A DNA stretch of 64,000 nt from Ptychomitrium polyphyllum. Its lineage: Eukaryota. The notes under the pieces were generated by a model that was given only the letters and a program-made list of their open reading frames with translations, made no database searches and was not told the origin of the DNA. The stretch covers positions 7,936,001 to 8,000,000 of the forward strand of contig OZ316775.1 in the NCBI GenBank assembly GCA_973851085.1, in the 5' to 3' direction. This document shows positions 34,554-48,292 of the stretch, one piece after another. The position numbers and the translations under genes were made by a program. Within the stretch, counting starts at the first letter, position 1; each line of letters starts with the position of its first letter.

Positions 34554-37500
34554 TCACAACATGCATGCATCGACAACAACTTCAAGACTCACTCACTCAC
34601 CCACAGCATTTGTTTCAAGCGGTGCTTGTAATGTAAATCCCATCCTCTTGCAGGAACTGAGTTGAGCATGTGCAGCAAGCTGGATTCATGTCTGCAAATG
34701 CCACTGGAGGTCACCGATGAGGAGCTCTGGATGCAAGGGGTTGGAGCGGTGACTCGAGTGAAACTACCGCAACCATGGTTAGGAGGGATCCAAAGTGGAT
34801 CCATCACCATTGCAGACAGAGTGCACGTGCAGAGTCTTCCGATCGTCCCACATGGTCTACACTCACGCATTGTCGCAACTGTGTACCCCATGGTAGGAGC
34901 CCCTAAACCCCCTCAAAATTCCTATTCCCGCTCTCTTTGTACCTACACGTGTCACTGCAGTTTTAACGGTCTTCCGACATGCCAGCTTGCTGATGAGCAT
35001 CAAAATTCTACAACTCCTTCACTGGATTGGGAATGAGGGCCCATCGGTTTTTAGTGTTTTTAGTAGTCGACTCCAAGCTTGAAGTCAATTACAAAGTGAA
35101 GCCACTGAGCAGTATCACCGTTGACATCACCAGGGGACCCAATACCGTCACTATTTGGAAGCATTATTAGCTCCATTCGTAAAGGAACTTATAAAATCAT
35201 TGGGTTAATATTTTTGGAGATATTACATCCTGTTATTCTTATGCAAGTCTAATAAGCCTTTTCTCCTTGCTCTGCCTTTTTGACATAGAATGGAATCAAT
35301 ATTTGGCTATGTTCCTAGTTTATGGTCCTTGACTTTATTTTCTTAGAATTATTTGATTTTGTAGGTAAAATTCTTGTTCCTTTATATTATTTCTTGCATA
35401 ATTTTTCATCATTTTTCCTCTTGTTATGTTTTTCATTAGAATAGTTGAAACTAAAAATAAGTTTTTATATTAAAAACTTTAAGATTTTGTTGTGTGTGTT
35501 GTTTCTTCCTTTTCTATGCATAAGCATTCAATAACAAGGAAATTATAATTTTGCTAAAAACCCATCAACAAATAATGGATGAATAATATTTAAATTTTTG
35601 GTACAAAAAACCTAAATGCAAGGTTCCATATAATGTGCATATGAATTGAAGTTAAATGAAATAAATTTATAAACACATATCACTATTTTGTTGAAGGGGG
35701 CCTTTCATCATTAATTTTACACAAATCTCTCTTTGTATAGCCTCTACCAAAACATGAATAAAAAATGAAAGTTCTCTGATGAATACAAAGATGAAGTTTG
35801 AGATAAGAAAGAAGAAGAAAAAGAAAAAGAAAAAATAAAGACATTGAGTCTGTGCATGTCCAAAGGAATGTGATTGGTAATATATGTAACAACAAAATTC
35901 TAAATTATGCTTTTGAATTTCAAGAATGTTATTTACACTTATAAAATCTTCTGTAAAGATATTATGTGATACAAGTACTTTTCAAAAGTACAAATTCCTT
36001 CATCGTTCTTTTTTCATTATTCTTCACATAAACTTCAATAAAATGGCTTGATTTGCTCCGTTGGTGCTAACAATTATTAATTTAATCTTTGTTTTACTTG
36101 CTTTTATTCTGAAGTAAATACGGGAAATTGTTGACTCTTCTTTCAAAAAGAACAATTCCATCTTCTGATGTTTGAAACAAAAACGTATCTTGCTAAAGAA
36201 ATCTATATATCAAAATCTAAAATCTTCATGTATGTGTACATAAAAATTACATTTGCAGCTATACCTTAAATCAATTTATACTTTAAAAAAATTTCTATTA
36301 AATTCCACATCAAATATAATTAACCAATAAAGGCTCTTCAATTGCCTTGTGGTTGCTTTCAGAAAGAAAAAAGAAAACAAACCAAAGTTTAAGTTCTAGT
36401 AGTGAGATCCACAATTTAGAGCTTCATTGAAGCACACCACTGAGTGGAGACCCTCACCTGTTTCCATGCACAAAACCACAAAACAAAGGTAGAGCAAATG
36501 TACATAGACGAGGTGTCATAAAGTTTTTATTAAAATTGTTACTTTTTCCCACACAATTTAAGGTAGAACACAAATGCAAGCTTGACTAGAGATATTAAAT
36601 TCATAAACTACCGAAAGAAACCCACAACATTCCTTCATACATCAACCTCAAAGCTTTTCCTCCACGCAGTACTTTACAGCGGTTCTCACAATCCGTCATT
36701 TCCTGAAGCACTCTAGCTTTTACCAGGGGTTAAGTTTCTCCAAACCACTGGTGAAGCTGTGAAGCACGCAACTAAGTTGTTAGTGCCCCCAACCAGCACG
36801 TCCCAACACGTGTAGGGCTGCGGCTCCGACGAGCCCACAGTCGGCCACGTGGTGGGTCAGGAACGCCTGCACTTCGGTCTTCGGTTCGGTCTCTCTCACA
36901 ACCCGAACTCCCCCTCAAGGAAAAAAAAAGCGAAAGTAGAGACTCACGACCAATCAAAACCCTTCAGGGACTCTCACCGAAAACCACCACATTATCCAAA
37001 CCCGTCGTTATCTACCAGAATACTACATTTAACGCCGTCAAAAAACGCGAAAGCTGGTTTCAGCTACTGCACTGCCAAAAGAATCTGCATTTTCTTTGTC
37101 GCGTATAGATCTCAAACTGTAAGTGTACATGTTTTCTAGAAGTTGTAGCCATGCGATCAGAGACGGTTTTCGGTATGCATCCCTCCGTAGCAGCGACGCA
37201 TCTCTCATCCAAACCTAACGAGTTGCAATCTCACGGCTTGTAGATGTGGAGGTACAGCATCAGGCGAGGGTGTACATGTAGGCTGCGGCGCGAGGCGAAG
37301 TGGGAGTACGCGTTGACAGCATTCGTTGCGCATGTGTGGTTATGGTGTCCAGGAAGTGGGATCTTCGAGAGTCGCCCGGTTTTCGCACGAACATCAACAT
37401 AAGCATGGCCGGAGTTGAGGCAAAGTGTGTCAAATTGTCACGCCGTGGTGGAGGAGGGCAAGAGCAGGGGGACCACTGATTGGGAGGTTGCAACCACTGG

Positions 37501-37956
37501 TGGATTTCAGCGAGTCGGTAGTTCTAGTGCAGGGATGTCATGTGCTGGAGTGGAAACACCACGAGGGCGATCGGAGTGGACCAAAGGTAGGAGCTATCTT
37601 CGTCTCTCGAGAGTGTCTGCTATGAGTTTGTGGTTCTCGGCACGTGGTTGGGATGTCAGCGAGTGCTTGACTGGTTTGGTGGCCTGAGTGGGATCATCAG
37701 GAGTGCAGTCTGAGTGGGGGAAGGTGAGAGCTTAGGTTGTTGATCGCGAATGTGGGATCATTCTCGGCGTGGGATAAATTTAGTTGCGGGTGGGAGAGGT
37801 GATTCATGTGTGATCGCACATTGCGGGCGTTAATTGGAATGGCGAACTCTGTACCTGTACAGTAGTTGGTGTGATTCCGGGCAACAGGGAGTCCGCGTGG
37901 GAGCATTTTGGATCTTCTGGCACCTTGATTCCACGATTGATCTCAAGTTCGGGGCA

Positions 37957-40900
37957 ATGGTGACAACCGTCGCGCCCTCGGCGTCGGTATTGCTGGTACC
38001 CACACATCGCGCTGGATTGCGCGATGCAGTTGCGTGCACTAAGGAGTGCAGAAGTGCATGGAACTCGAGTAGGAGTGAGCTGACATTAGGCTCACTGTCC
38101 ACATGGAGCCATTGGACGAGGGCATCTAACAGCGGACGAAGCGCGCCGCTGTTGTTCGGACAGCCTGCGCGCTCTCTGTCGCGGTCCAGAAATACGGTAT
38201 CCAGCATCGCAGTGCCACTTGCGGAGAAGATGGCAGACAATGCCGACGACGCTGTGCGAACCAGACTTCATTATTACAGGTATCTCTCGATTCTTAAACC
38301 TGGCCTTGCGTAATTCTTTGTCTTTGAAACGGGTGACCTAAGTTATAACAAGCCGTTTCTGTAATGCATTGTCTGTTGCCAAAGCTCTTCCGGATTGCAA
38401 GACTCTTGTTTCTCAAAATTGCACCGTTTAGTTTCTTCTCATTAGTCTCCCCTGAATGTTGCATTTTAGTAACGGTCCCGCATTTTTCTTCGTCTTTGAA
38501 ATGTATGATTTGTGTTTTGTAGGAGGAGTGGGAAGTATGAAAACTGGGGTTTGCACATCTGGGGTAATGCGGAATCGCCAACTGAGTGGAACAGTCCTTT
38601 AGCTCCTACCGGATCAGATGAGTATGGAGTGTATTGGGAGGTGGATGCTAAGGCGAATTGTGAATTGCACTTTGCTGTGCATAAAGGTGACGCTAAGGTA
38701 TATGAGGGCTATAGCAGGCTGGCATTTCTGCTTCAATCCCGTTTCTAATAATTTACCTTTCTTCTTCTCTATTTTGTTTTATGGGTAGAAAGCTTCAGCT
38801 AATGAAGCCCTAATATTATCCAACAACAACATCCCAATAATAATTTTGAACTTGATCAATTTTTGACTTATACTGATGTAATCGAGCCTTAATGCAGGAC
38901 TGCGAGGGAACTATATCAAGTCAAATGGACTCAGAGATATGGCTGGTTTCAGGGAAACCGACAGTATTTACTGAAATGCCTGATCCTCTATCTCTCCCTC
39001 AGGTTTCGCTACAATCACCTACTCATTGAAGAGAATATGTTGCATACTATGTCACTCATAATGCTTTCATTGCATGTACTTGAGTTCATGATATGTGGCC
39101 AGGGTTTCAGAGAAGCAATTTTTGGCTTTTGATTCTGGCATTGTATAAGGACATCATGTATGATTTTCCTATCAGGTTGTGAAAGGAGAAATGGTTTAAT
39201 TTATCAAATTATTCTTATTTTTGTTTGGGCATCAGCTTAGCAAGCAATCGTGAGATTGTAATACAAATGATCTGAAGATATCTTGTTGCTAATTCTTTCC
39301 AAGGATTATCATCCGTAACTTGAGGTTCTTACTCAATGAAAGTGAAATGACAGGGTGATCTTAGCAAATCACGGGCCTTCTGGGTTACGAAGGACTTACT
39401 TGCCTGGAACGCTAAAAGTGAAAGTTCTCAAATTTATCTACATTCCAGCGGCACTGCCAAATTGGAAACTACAGCAAAAGGTGTTGAAGGTGAGGGTTGC
39501 TTCTAATTTGCACTCTTGGCAGGTGGACAAAGGTTGTCCATGCTTTAGAAATTGCATTGCCGCTAATTCTTTCAGTTGAACATCTGAAAGGTTTTTCTGC
39601 TTGAGATTGGTTTCGTGAATCTAAGGTTGTGTGGTTGAGTCGACCAGGGTCAGACGTCACCGTAAAGCTTGAAGAAGTTTTAAACGATTTACCTCCAAAG
39701 GTAAGAAAAAATGGGAAAAACCCCTGAAACAACCATATTTTCCGTGTTGAAGATATTGTGTGCGTTAATTTCACTCTTACAGCATATATACTATGCAACA
39801 TTCAAAGCAACTGCGTTTAGGATTTTATTCTAGCTGAAATCTAATGATATGGAACAGTAATATTAATCTTTTTTGCCAGGTGCTGAGCAAGTTTCCTCAT
39901 ATCACAGGGTATCGTGCACTGCGGTTACCTGCCGATGTCGATGTTCAGAAATTATTGAAGTCTCAGTTGGCCGTGTCAGCTACTGATGGTGAGTCTACTC
40001 TGCTACACTCGAGGAGGAATCTTAACTTCAACTGTACTCTATGGAGCATCATCCACTTATCTTTACTCTGCCAGTTTCAACTTATGGGGATCGTGGGGCT
40101 GTCATGAACAGAAAAAGGACAAGCTACTGATGCTACAGGAATCCAAGTGGCTGGTGTTTTGGATGAATTGTTTGCATATGACGGTCCTCTTGGTGCGAAT
40201 GCCACTAAAGATGATGTAAAGTTTGACATTTGGGCTCCTACAGCACAGGTAACATTCAGAGTCATCCTTGCACAATCTTGGTACTTCAAAATATCATGAG
40301 CTACCTGCTGTATGGGTAGGTCTGAAGTTGTGGATACGAACCTTGTCTTCGATTTTCCTTTATCGATACATATAGTTGAAAAAGGTGTAGATTCTACGTT
40401 TAACTGAATATCTATGTAGATGAAAGAATCAAAATCTAATCTAGGTTTTGTGTATGTGTCGATTTAAACCCTAATTTATGATGGCCGTTAGACGATAAAA
40501 GGATCTTGACAAGATAGAGACAGTTGCCTTCCACCCACCCTCGATTATGTTGAAATTGACTGGGATTTGTATAGAATGTGCGTCTGTTTTTGTTTTCCAC
40601 ACCAGCAGGTGGAGAACCTGATGAGAAACTGCAGCTTCAAGAAAGTAACGGTGTTTGGTCTATTATTGGATCAAGCTCTTGGAACGGCAAATACTACCTC
40701 TACGAAGTCACAGTATATCATCCAGCCACTCAACAGATCGAAGTTTCTCTGGCAAATGATCCCTATTCTCGTGGGTAAGGACACTATTGCTCTAATCATT
40801 CTTGACATGTATGCTATATATTTCATGAATCTTTACAGGCTCTTTACAGTAATGAAGGTTAGGTAGGAGTCCTTGTGTGAAAGTAGAGGTTTAGCACTTG

Positions 40901-43900
40901 TTTATAGAAGTGTTCATGTTCAGAATTCAGTATTTCAAATGCAATCAAATAAAGGTTGACATTCTAGACCTTTCTGTTTCAATTGGGATCGACTCCACCC
41001 TTGGCATGTTCCTTCCTTAATGATGTGCACTGGCATTCTCCATGCAGTCTCTCTTGCAATGGTGAGCGTTCTCTCGTTATGGATATGGCAAATGCACATT
41101 TTGCACCAGAAGGTTGGACACGTCTTGGATTCGAGAAGCCCCCTCTTGATTCATTTAACGACATGGCTATTTATGAGCTACACATAAGAGATTTCAGGTA
41201 TGATTATCTCACGAAGGGTATTTTATTAAATTATAAGTCCAGATGTCGATCTAAGGACTCGTCTTTCTCTCTGGCAATAGTCATTTGGTGCATGAAGAAG
41301 GTCATTTAAGCAATACTTTCTGAACTGCAAATTCTTTCAGCATATCAGATAAGACTGTCGATCCAGCAGTGGCGGGAGGGTACTTAGCATTTGCACAAAA
41401 GGTACGAGTTCTATTTTATTGCATTTTTCTCTGTTATTTATTCTGGGTAATGTATCTCCTTAGTTCATCAATATTGAGTTGAACTGAAGGAAACTATGCC
41501 GCCCCTTGTGGCGATGCTTACCGTGTATAGTTCCAAGGTGTCTGCTTGATATTCGTGAACGTCTCCGCAGTCTTCTGCGTTTTCTGAACATTTTGGCATG
41601 CGCAGGACTCAGCAGGAGTTGCTCATTTGAAAAAGCTGGCTGAAGCAGGTCTTTCACATATTCACCTCCTCCCTTGCTTCGACTTCTCTAGTGTCGACGA
41701 AAGGAAAGTAACTTGGAAATCCTTAGGTAAGTTTCAGCTGTCTTTATCATCACTTGTCATCAGTGTCAGATGCCACATATTATTGTTGACTACAATTATT
41801 GTTGGCTGCACGTACAGATTGCCAGTGCAGATCGTTAAGAAAGAAAGATGCCATCGATGAAAATCATGCTGCATGTACATAATAATATATGTTACATAGT
41901 AGTATTAAATACGTATTACTGTTAAGTGAACTTATACATGCATTTGATTAATGAGTATTCTATAAGGCAAAACTATCAAATGCTTTATTGAAATGGCCTC
42001 AGTTAACTCCTCATGTTGAACTGTTTGAATTGTTGAAATTGTTAGATGAGGAGAAGCTGTATGAATGCGCACCCGATTCAGAGGAGCAACAAAAAGCTGT
42101 GGTAGAGATTCAGGATCACGATGCCTTCAACTGGGGGTAAGCTTGTTTGCGGCGTTTATAAGTTTACTTTTCCTTATCAAAGTTCTGACTCAAATTTTCT
42201 CTATACATGTACTTGCGATCAATAATATGCACTATAATGTGGGCTCCTGCACGTTTTATATTATTATAGGTAGAATTTGTTGTTAACTAGATACTTTTTG
42301 ACTAAGAGAAATGTATCAGTCATATAGCAAAGCATTTCTTTAGTGCAATTGAGTTACACCAAGGCGTGGGGTGCAGGTATGACCCTGTATATTGGGGTGT
42401 GCCAGAGGGCAGCTACGCAACTGACCCCAATGGGCCAACTCGTACAATGGAGTTCCGTACTATGGTGCAGGTAACCGATAAATTGTTTCAAAGTACACAT
42501 TGGTTTCGTCTACATCGTTTCTGATTCCCCCTGCTACTATTGCACAGTTCTAACCGGCTAAGTCACGTGTGCAGGCTATCAATAGGATGGGATTACGCGT
42601 GATACTGGATGTTGTGTATAACCATCTCCACGGGAGTGGTCCTGTGGGGCATCACTCATGTTTGGACAAGGTATTGTCTAGTTGTTAATCAGTATGTTGC
42701 GGATCCATGCGACCTGAATTTCTTTAGGTTTCTGTACCTTGATTCGCTTATGTCGCTACTTGTTCGAATTGGCAGATATGCCAGTTTATATGTGTATTTT
42801 AGTGTCACCATGTGCTGGTTTCTATATAGACCTTCGATTCTTTAATTTGGTTTCTATTAAGGTGCTCGTACATGTTAAGTTGTATATCTTCTTAATGCAC
42901 GAGATCTATCTTCTGATACACGTTTGTCAACTTTGTTAACTGACAGGTAGTGCCAAATTATTACCTTCGGTTGAACCATGACGGATTTATTGAGAACAGC
43001 ACATGCATGAACAACACAGCCTGTGAGCATTACATGGTGGATCGTCTTATTGTCGATGACCTTAGGCATTGGGCTGTGAACTACAAGGTAATCGGTTTCT
43101 TATATGCTGCAGACATGTAGCACGAGCTGTAAACCTACTTTGTTTTTAATCTCTTCAAGTCTTTGTTACCTAATATTATTATTGATTGAATGTCTGAGTT
43201 ATTTCAAGCTCTTCTGGGTATGAAATGTGTCTAAACATTATGTGACACTTCTTTGCTACAGGTGGATGGCTTCCGCTTCGACCTTATGGGTCACCTAATG
43301 AAGCATACTATGGTTAGCTTTCCATTTATCCTTGTGAAAACTTTGACGTGATAAGTCTTGGCATTTTTCACGTTCTTCAACTAATCTTTCAAGGGTTATG
43401 TCCTTCGTTCTTGCTCCATTTCGTCTTTGACTGAGAATGTTTATACAGTTGAGAGCGAAAGATGTATTGAGAAGCTTGACGTTTGAGAAGGATGGTGTGG
43501 ACGGTTCAAAAATCTATATGTGAGTTTGGCAAGCTTTCACTACCTGACCATTTTCCATTCTTGTTTCTGCTAATTACTATACAACGGAACCAATTTGAGT
43601 AGCAGTGTGTTCCAAGAAGCAGACCCTCTAAAGCTTATTCTGTTTTTATCTGTGCAGTTATGGAGAAGGATGGGATTTTGGAGAAGTGGCCAACAATGCA
43701 CGTGGTGTAAACGCCGTTCAACAGAATTTAGCAGGGACAGGCATTGGCAGGTTTGCTTCCTTGCACTGATAGTCGGCAGTGTTACTTTGGTACGAGTGAT
43801 GTATTTTGTCATTTAAATTTTTGGTTTTTGGGTGCAGCTTTAATGATCGGATACGCGACACTTGCCTTGGCGGTTCCCCCTTCGGAGATCCCCTACAACA

Positions 43901-46900
43901 AGGGTTGTTGACCGGCCTTTCTCTCCAGGTAATACTCCAGCCATATGCACGATGCTTCTTTTGGGCAATGCTTCTGCTGATGACTTCATCTGTGCGAAGT
44001 GTTCCTATGGGGTTTTCAATTGTGCATTAATTTAGAGCAAACAAGTTTAGGTTGATAGAGTTGCTACCTACATATACATCGTTATTTTTTGCTAATGGAA
44101 CTGGTATTGCTAGAGAGTCACTTGTCTTCACCGAATTGAACAGAAATAGAAGCACTTCTATCTTGACACCCCTCGTACTTGTGTTTGCAGCCGAACGCTT
44201 TGTTCCAGGGTGGTGACGATGCCATGCGTAATGCTCTTGCAGCAACTACAGACTGGGTGAAGGTAAACGTTTTGGTGCTCTGTAATGCTTACTTGCACTT
44301 TTCGTATTTGCTATTTGGACTTCCTTCATAGAATGGATAACATAACGTAATGGTGATATTTTTTCTGTTCATGTTTTGTTAGCTATTAAGACTTGAAATG
44401 TGGTCAATGTAACAGCTGGGATTGGCTGCGAATTTGAAAGATTTCGCATTTGTCTCCTACAACGGCGATGAGGTATGCCTTATTTGCACCAATTTTCTTT
44501 CTTCTACTTAAGAACATGATCTTTGAATGCACCCATACAATTGTGTTTTAGAGCTGAAACGTGGATTGTTTTCAGATCAGAACACCTTCAAGGTCATCTG
44601 AATTAACAAAATTCTTAGTAAAGGTTTATTGTCTTATTTTATTGTGAAAACTAAGAGCTCAAGTTGCGCAGGTGAAAGGAGCTGAAGTTCTTACTCACGA
44701 CAATAAACCAGTTGCATATGCTTCCAGCCCAGAAGAGCTGGTAAGTGACCTGTTTCTTTCTTTCTTTTCCTTGTTATGATGAAAATGGATAAAATCGTTA
44801 TTTACTTGAGAAATCTTATAGGTTGCTATCAAAATATAATAAACTGAAGATTCGTGTCTGTTTAGGTGAACTACGTCTCCGCCCATGACAATGAGACATT
44901 ATTTGACATCGTAATGCTGAAGGTTTGCTTTCTTCAACCCTCTCGTCTTCTATTGAAGTCGTTTTTGTAGCTCAACATTGAATTGAAGGTTTTAATTCAC
45001 AACGAGTAATATTATCAAACACATTGCCTGGTGATTTGCATTTGCGCTCAGTTGGAGAAGAATTTATCTCTAAAGGTTTGTTTTGAAAATGTAGAGCGCA
45101 GATGGTGTTACTTTAGAAGAGAGGTGCCGCATTAACCATCTTGCGACCAGTTTGGTTGCCCTCGCTCAGGTTTGCATACAATCTAATAATCTGATGATCA
45201 TTCCGAATCTGGGTTGTGAATAATTTACCAGTACGTAATATCTTTATCGTTTATTGAAATGAGTGTTTTTGCATCGCAGGGAATCCCGTTCTTTCACGCA
45301 GGAGACGAGCTGCTACGCTCTAAATCCTTGGATCGTGATTCCTACAACTCAGGCGACTGGTTTAACAGGTGTGACTGTAAAACGGAATTTCGTACTCATG
45401 GTCTACTTTCTCTTTTCTGCTCAATCTTGGACGTGATACTTATTTTTAATTTTAGGATGATGTATTAAACTTTGGTTACCTGCAGGTTAGATTTCTCGTA
45501 CGAGACAAATAATTGGGGCGTGGGTCTTCCTCTCAAAGGCAAAAATGGCGAAAAGTGGCCACTGTGAGTATCCAGCTCTTATCGTTGATTTACAAGTTCC
45601 ATGTTTATTGAGTCGATCTAAACTTATTGCTACTATCTTATAAATGTATCTGATGCAAGATCGTGGATATAGTTTATGTAAATGACGAACGATGACTGTA
45701 AACTTTCTTAAAACCAACACGTACAAGCCTTTCTTTGCCTTCCCTAACCTACAATTTTCTTTTATTTATCTGGCAGCATGCGCTCTTTGCTGAGTAACCC
45801 ATCACTAAAGCCCACGAAGAAGCACATCCTTGCAGCCTTAGCGAGCTTCCAAGAGTTTCTGCGCATAAGATTCTCATCACCACTGTTTCGGTTGAGAACC
45901 GCGAGTGCCATTCAGGTACTCTCAGAGGGGTTTCAACCATGATTGGTAATTATTTAACTTGATTCAGTGGATGTTGCTTTAGTGTATGAGGTAGATTTCC
46001 CATAACAGCACCTGTCCTTTTACCAAGGAACCATGGAAAACCTAAAACCAAAAGTGGAGCTGGGTGGAGTACCAGCTGATATGGGAATCTACCTTATTAT
46101 AGGGATTGTTCAACCTTAAGGATCCAAATTTTAAGGATCTAAACATGATGCAATAGATTTTCCTTTCGTAATTTTATAATTTGTTCTTTTCAGGCAAGAC
46201 TAAAATTTCATAATACGGGACCTGCAAGCATCCCGGCGGTTATTGTTTTCACTTTGTCTGATGGTGATGAAGGGATACGTGGCCTTACTCAAATCGATCC
46301 CAAGTAAGAACCTATTTCAAGTAATATATAAATTTCTGTCGGCCTTGATGTTAGAGTCATTTCAAATATCATGTATCATCAGATCGAATTCATCTATTCG
46401 TTCGTCTCCTCATTGGTGTTCTTTTCACTTTGGTGGTATTGAGTGTTTACATGATATTTATCTTATTAGTGGTTAACTTTGTGAACATCCCTCGAATGAT
46501 CGAGAAATAGTTTCCATCTTTAGACAGGTAGAAACTCTGAAGATAGAAATTTTGAAACAGATGCGAAGATACTAAAATTTCGTGACTGGTCTTCTTTTTG
46601 TAGCTTTAGACGTATTGCTGTTGTGATGAATGCGAGGCCAACGAAACTTGGTTTGGAGGTCGACGCATTGAAGAATGTTCCTCTCACACTTCATCCTGTT
46701 CAGGTATGAGCTGTTTTTTTCACAAAGTAAACATGATAACCTACTACAAATGATATTGTCGCTGTTCACTGCTTTTGAAGGATATTTTTCTGCTCTACTC
46801 TTGTTTAACTGATTTGCTTGACTACGCCTCAAATTCTACGAGAAACTGTGCACATTCGATGTTTTCATGTCTATTTTCGTCCTACCATGTTAGTTAGAAT

Positions 46901-47040
46901 GGCTACTTTGTGCTCCTAAGCATCACGTTTCACAGGAAGCATCTGCGGACGAAGTTGTCGGGCATTCCAAGTTCGACTCTCGTAGCGCATTTTTTGAGGT
47001 CCCGGCCCGGACCACTGCGGTGTTTGTGGAAAAGAGGTGA
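37957..47040 (+). CDS. PU1: Limit dextrinase / pullulanase-type starch debranching enzyme (GH13), plastidial, about 28 exons
   Basis: ATG 37957 with transit-peptide-like N-terminus; exons give [152 protein letters not shown] ends at 47040. Confidence 0.95.
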
Positions 47041-47971
47041 CTGTGAGCATAGCCCAAATACATCTTAGACATCTTAGTTCATGACCCGGTGCAAAGTAAT
47101 TGTATTATGTTGGTATGGGAGCCTGAGAGATTTGTAACAAGGGTACAAGTTGATGCTTCCTTTACACATTTTGTGATTCTGGTGTAAAGACAAGCATCAG
47201 GCTTTACTTGATTTCACATTGCATATACTAGACTATTGTTCTTGAAATGGTAGTTAATCTCTATACCTTGTGACGTAATAATATATAGAGGGATCTTTGT
47301 CGAAGAAGAATATTTCCCGTTCATTACATAAAATATTTAGCGACCAACTTTCGTTATCTGACTTAGTAATGCAGTGTTGGAAAGTTCAGTAAACGTCAGT
47401 ACTCTAGTTCCATGATTAAAATGCCGCTAGTCTTTGTTAGATCAAAATGTAGTTTGTGTTGACAGTCGTTTTCTTGGGACTGAAAACGGATATTGTTTTG
47501 CACCTACAGACCTCTACAATTGAGGCTTCGATTGCCTAAATATAATCGTGGTTCCGATGTAAGTTTTGGTCCTAGCTTTTGAAATTAAGATTATTTTTTA
47601 TTCTTCAAAATTGCTCATTACAAGCTCAATGGCAAGAGCAAAAATGCTTCAATTCGGCGAGCAAACATGTACAGCTCCATTTACAGTTGTCAAATACTAA
47701 ATATAGAATAAACACACAGTCTAGACTCTACTCACACGAAAACTCCTCATGTGAATGAGTGTCGCAGAGAACACCATGGTACTAAAATCTAATACAATAA
47801 AATGTTCTCACAAACATCACTCAAGGCCCATCTATCTCCGGACCTGTACATCACCGCAACAAGGCATGTTCCAGTACACTGAACCACCTATCTGCCTAGA
47901 AATTTTGTAGTTGCCTACGCTAGAGAAACTGAAAGAGAAGTTCCATAGCCTACGCTAGTAGAGCGGAGGGA

Positions 47972-48292
47972 TCATCTCGCGGACATGGGTCCAGGAGCAG
48001 ATACTGGCTCGTGTATGGTGATGCTGGGACTGGGAACAAACACATATGGTGGCAGAGCAGACATGGGTGAGCCCATAGGAGCTCCAGCAGGGGCGTATTC
48101 AGGAGCCCAGGCTGGTGCATAGCTGGGGGCGTATTCAGGAGCATAGCCTGGGGCGGAGGATGGCCCATAGCCTCGCATATATGGAGCCGGAGCAGGCCAG
48201 CTCTGGGCACTCACTCGATGTGCAGCCATGGATACACATAGAATCACCATTGAAATCAACATTGCTACATTTTGCTGAGAATGCTTTGTCAT
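47972..48292 (-). CDS. Small secreted Pro/Ala/Tyr-rich cell-wall-type protein (AGP/HRGP-like) with YAPx repeats
   Basis: Hydrophobic signal-like segment AMLISMVILCVSMAA ending VSA-Q; repeats APGYAPEYAPSYAPAWAPEYAPAGAP; in-frame stop just upstream of the ATG. Confidence 0.7.
   Translation of the reverse strand: MTKHSQQNVAMLISMVILCVSMAAHRVSAQSWPAPAPYMRGYGPSSAPGYAPEYAPSYAPAWAPEYAPAGAPMGSPMSALPPYVFVPSPSITIHEPVSAPGPMSAR

Noticed and set aside
35170..36400. AT-rich tract as a TE relic (likewise 54100-55440)
   Set aside because: No readable motif, termini or TSD found.
25833..47040. Metabolic gene cluster (ssSPT, RER, CHIL, LpxD, LDA)
   Set aside because: The genes belong to unrelated pathways and compartments; ordinary gene neighbourhood.
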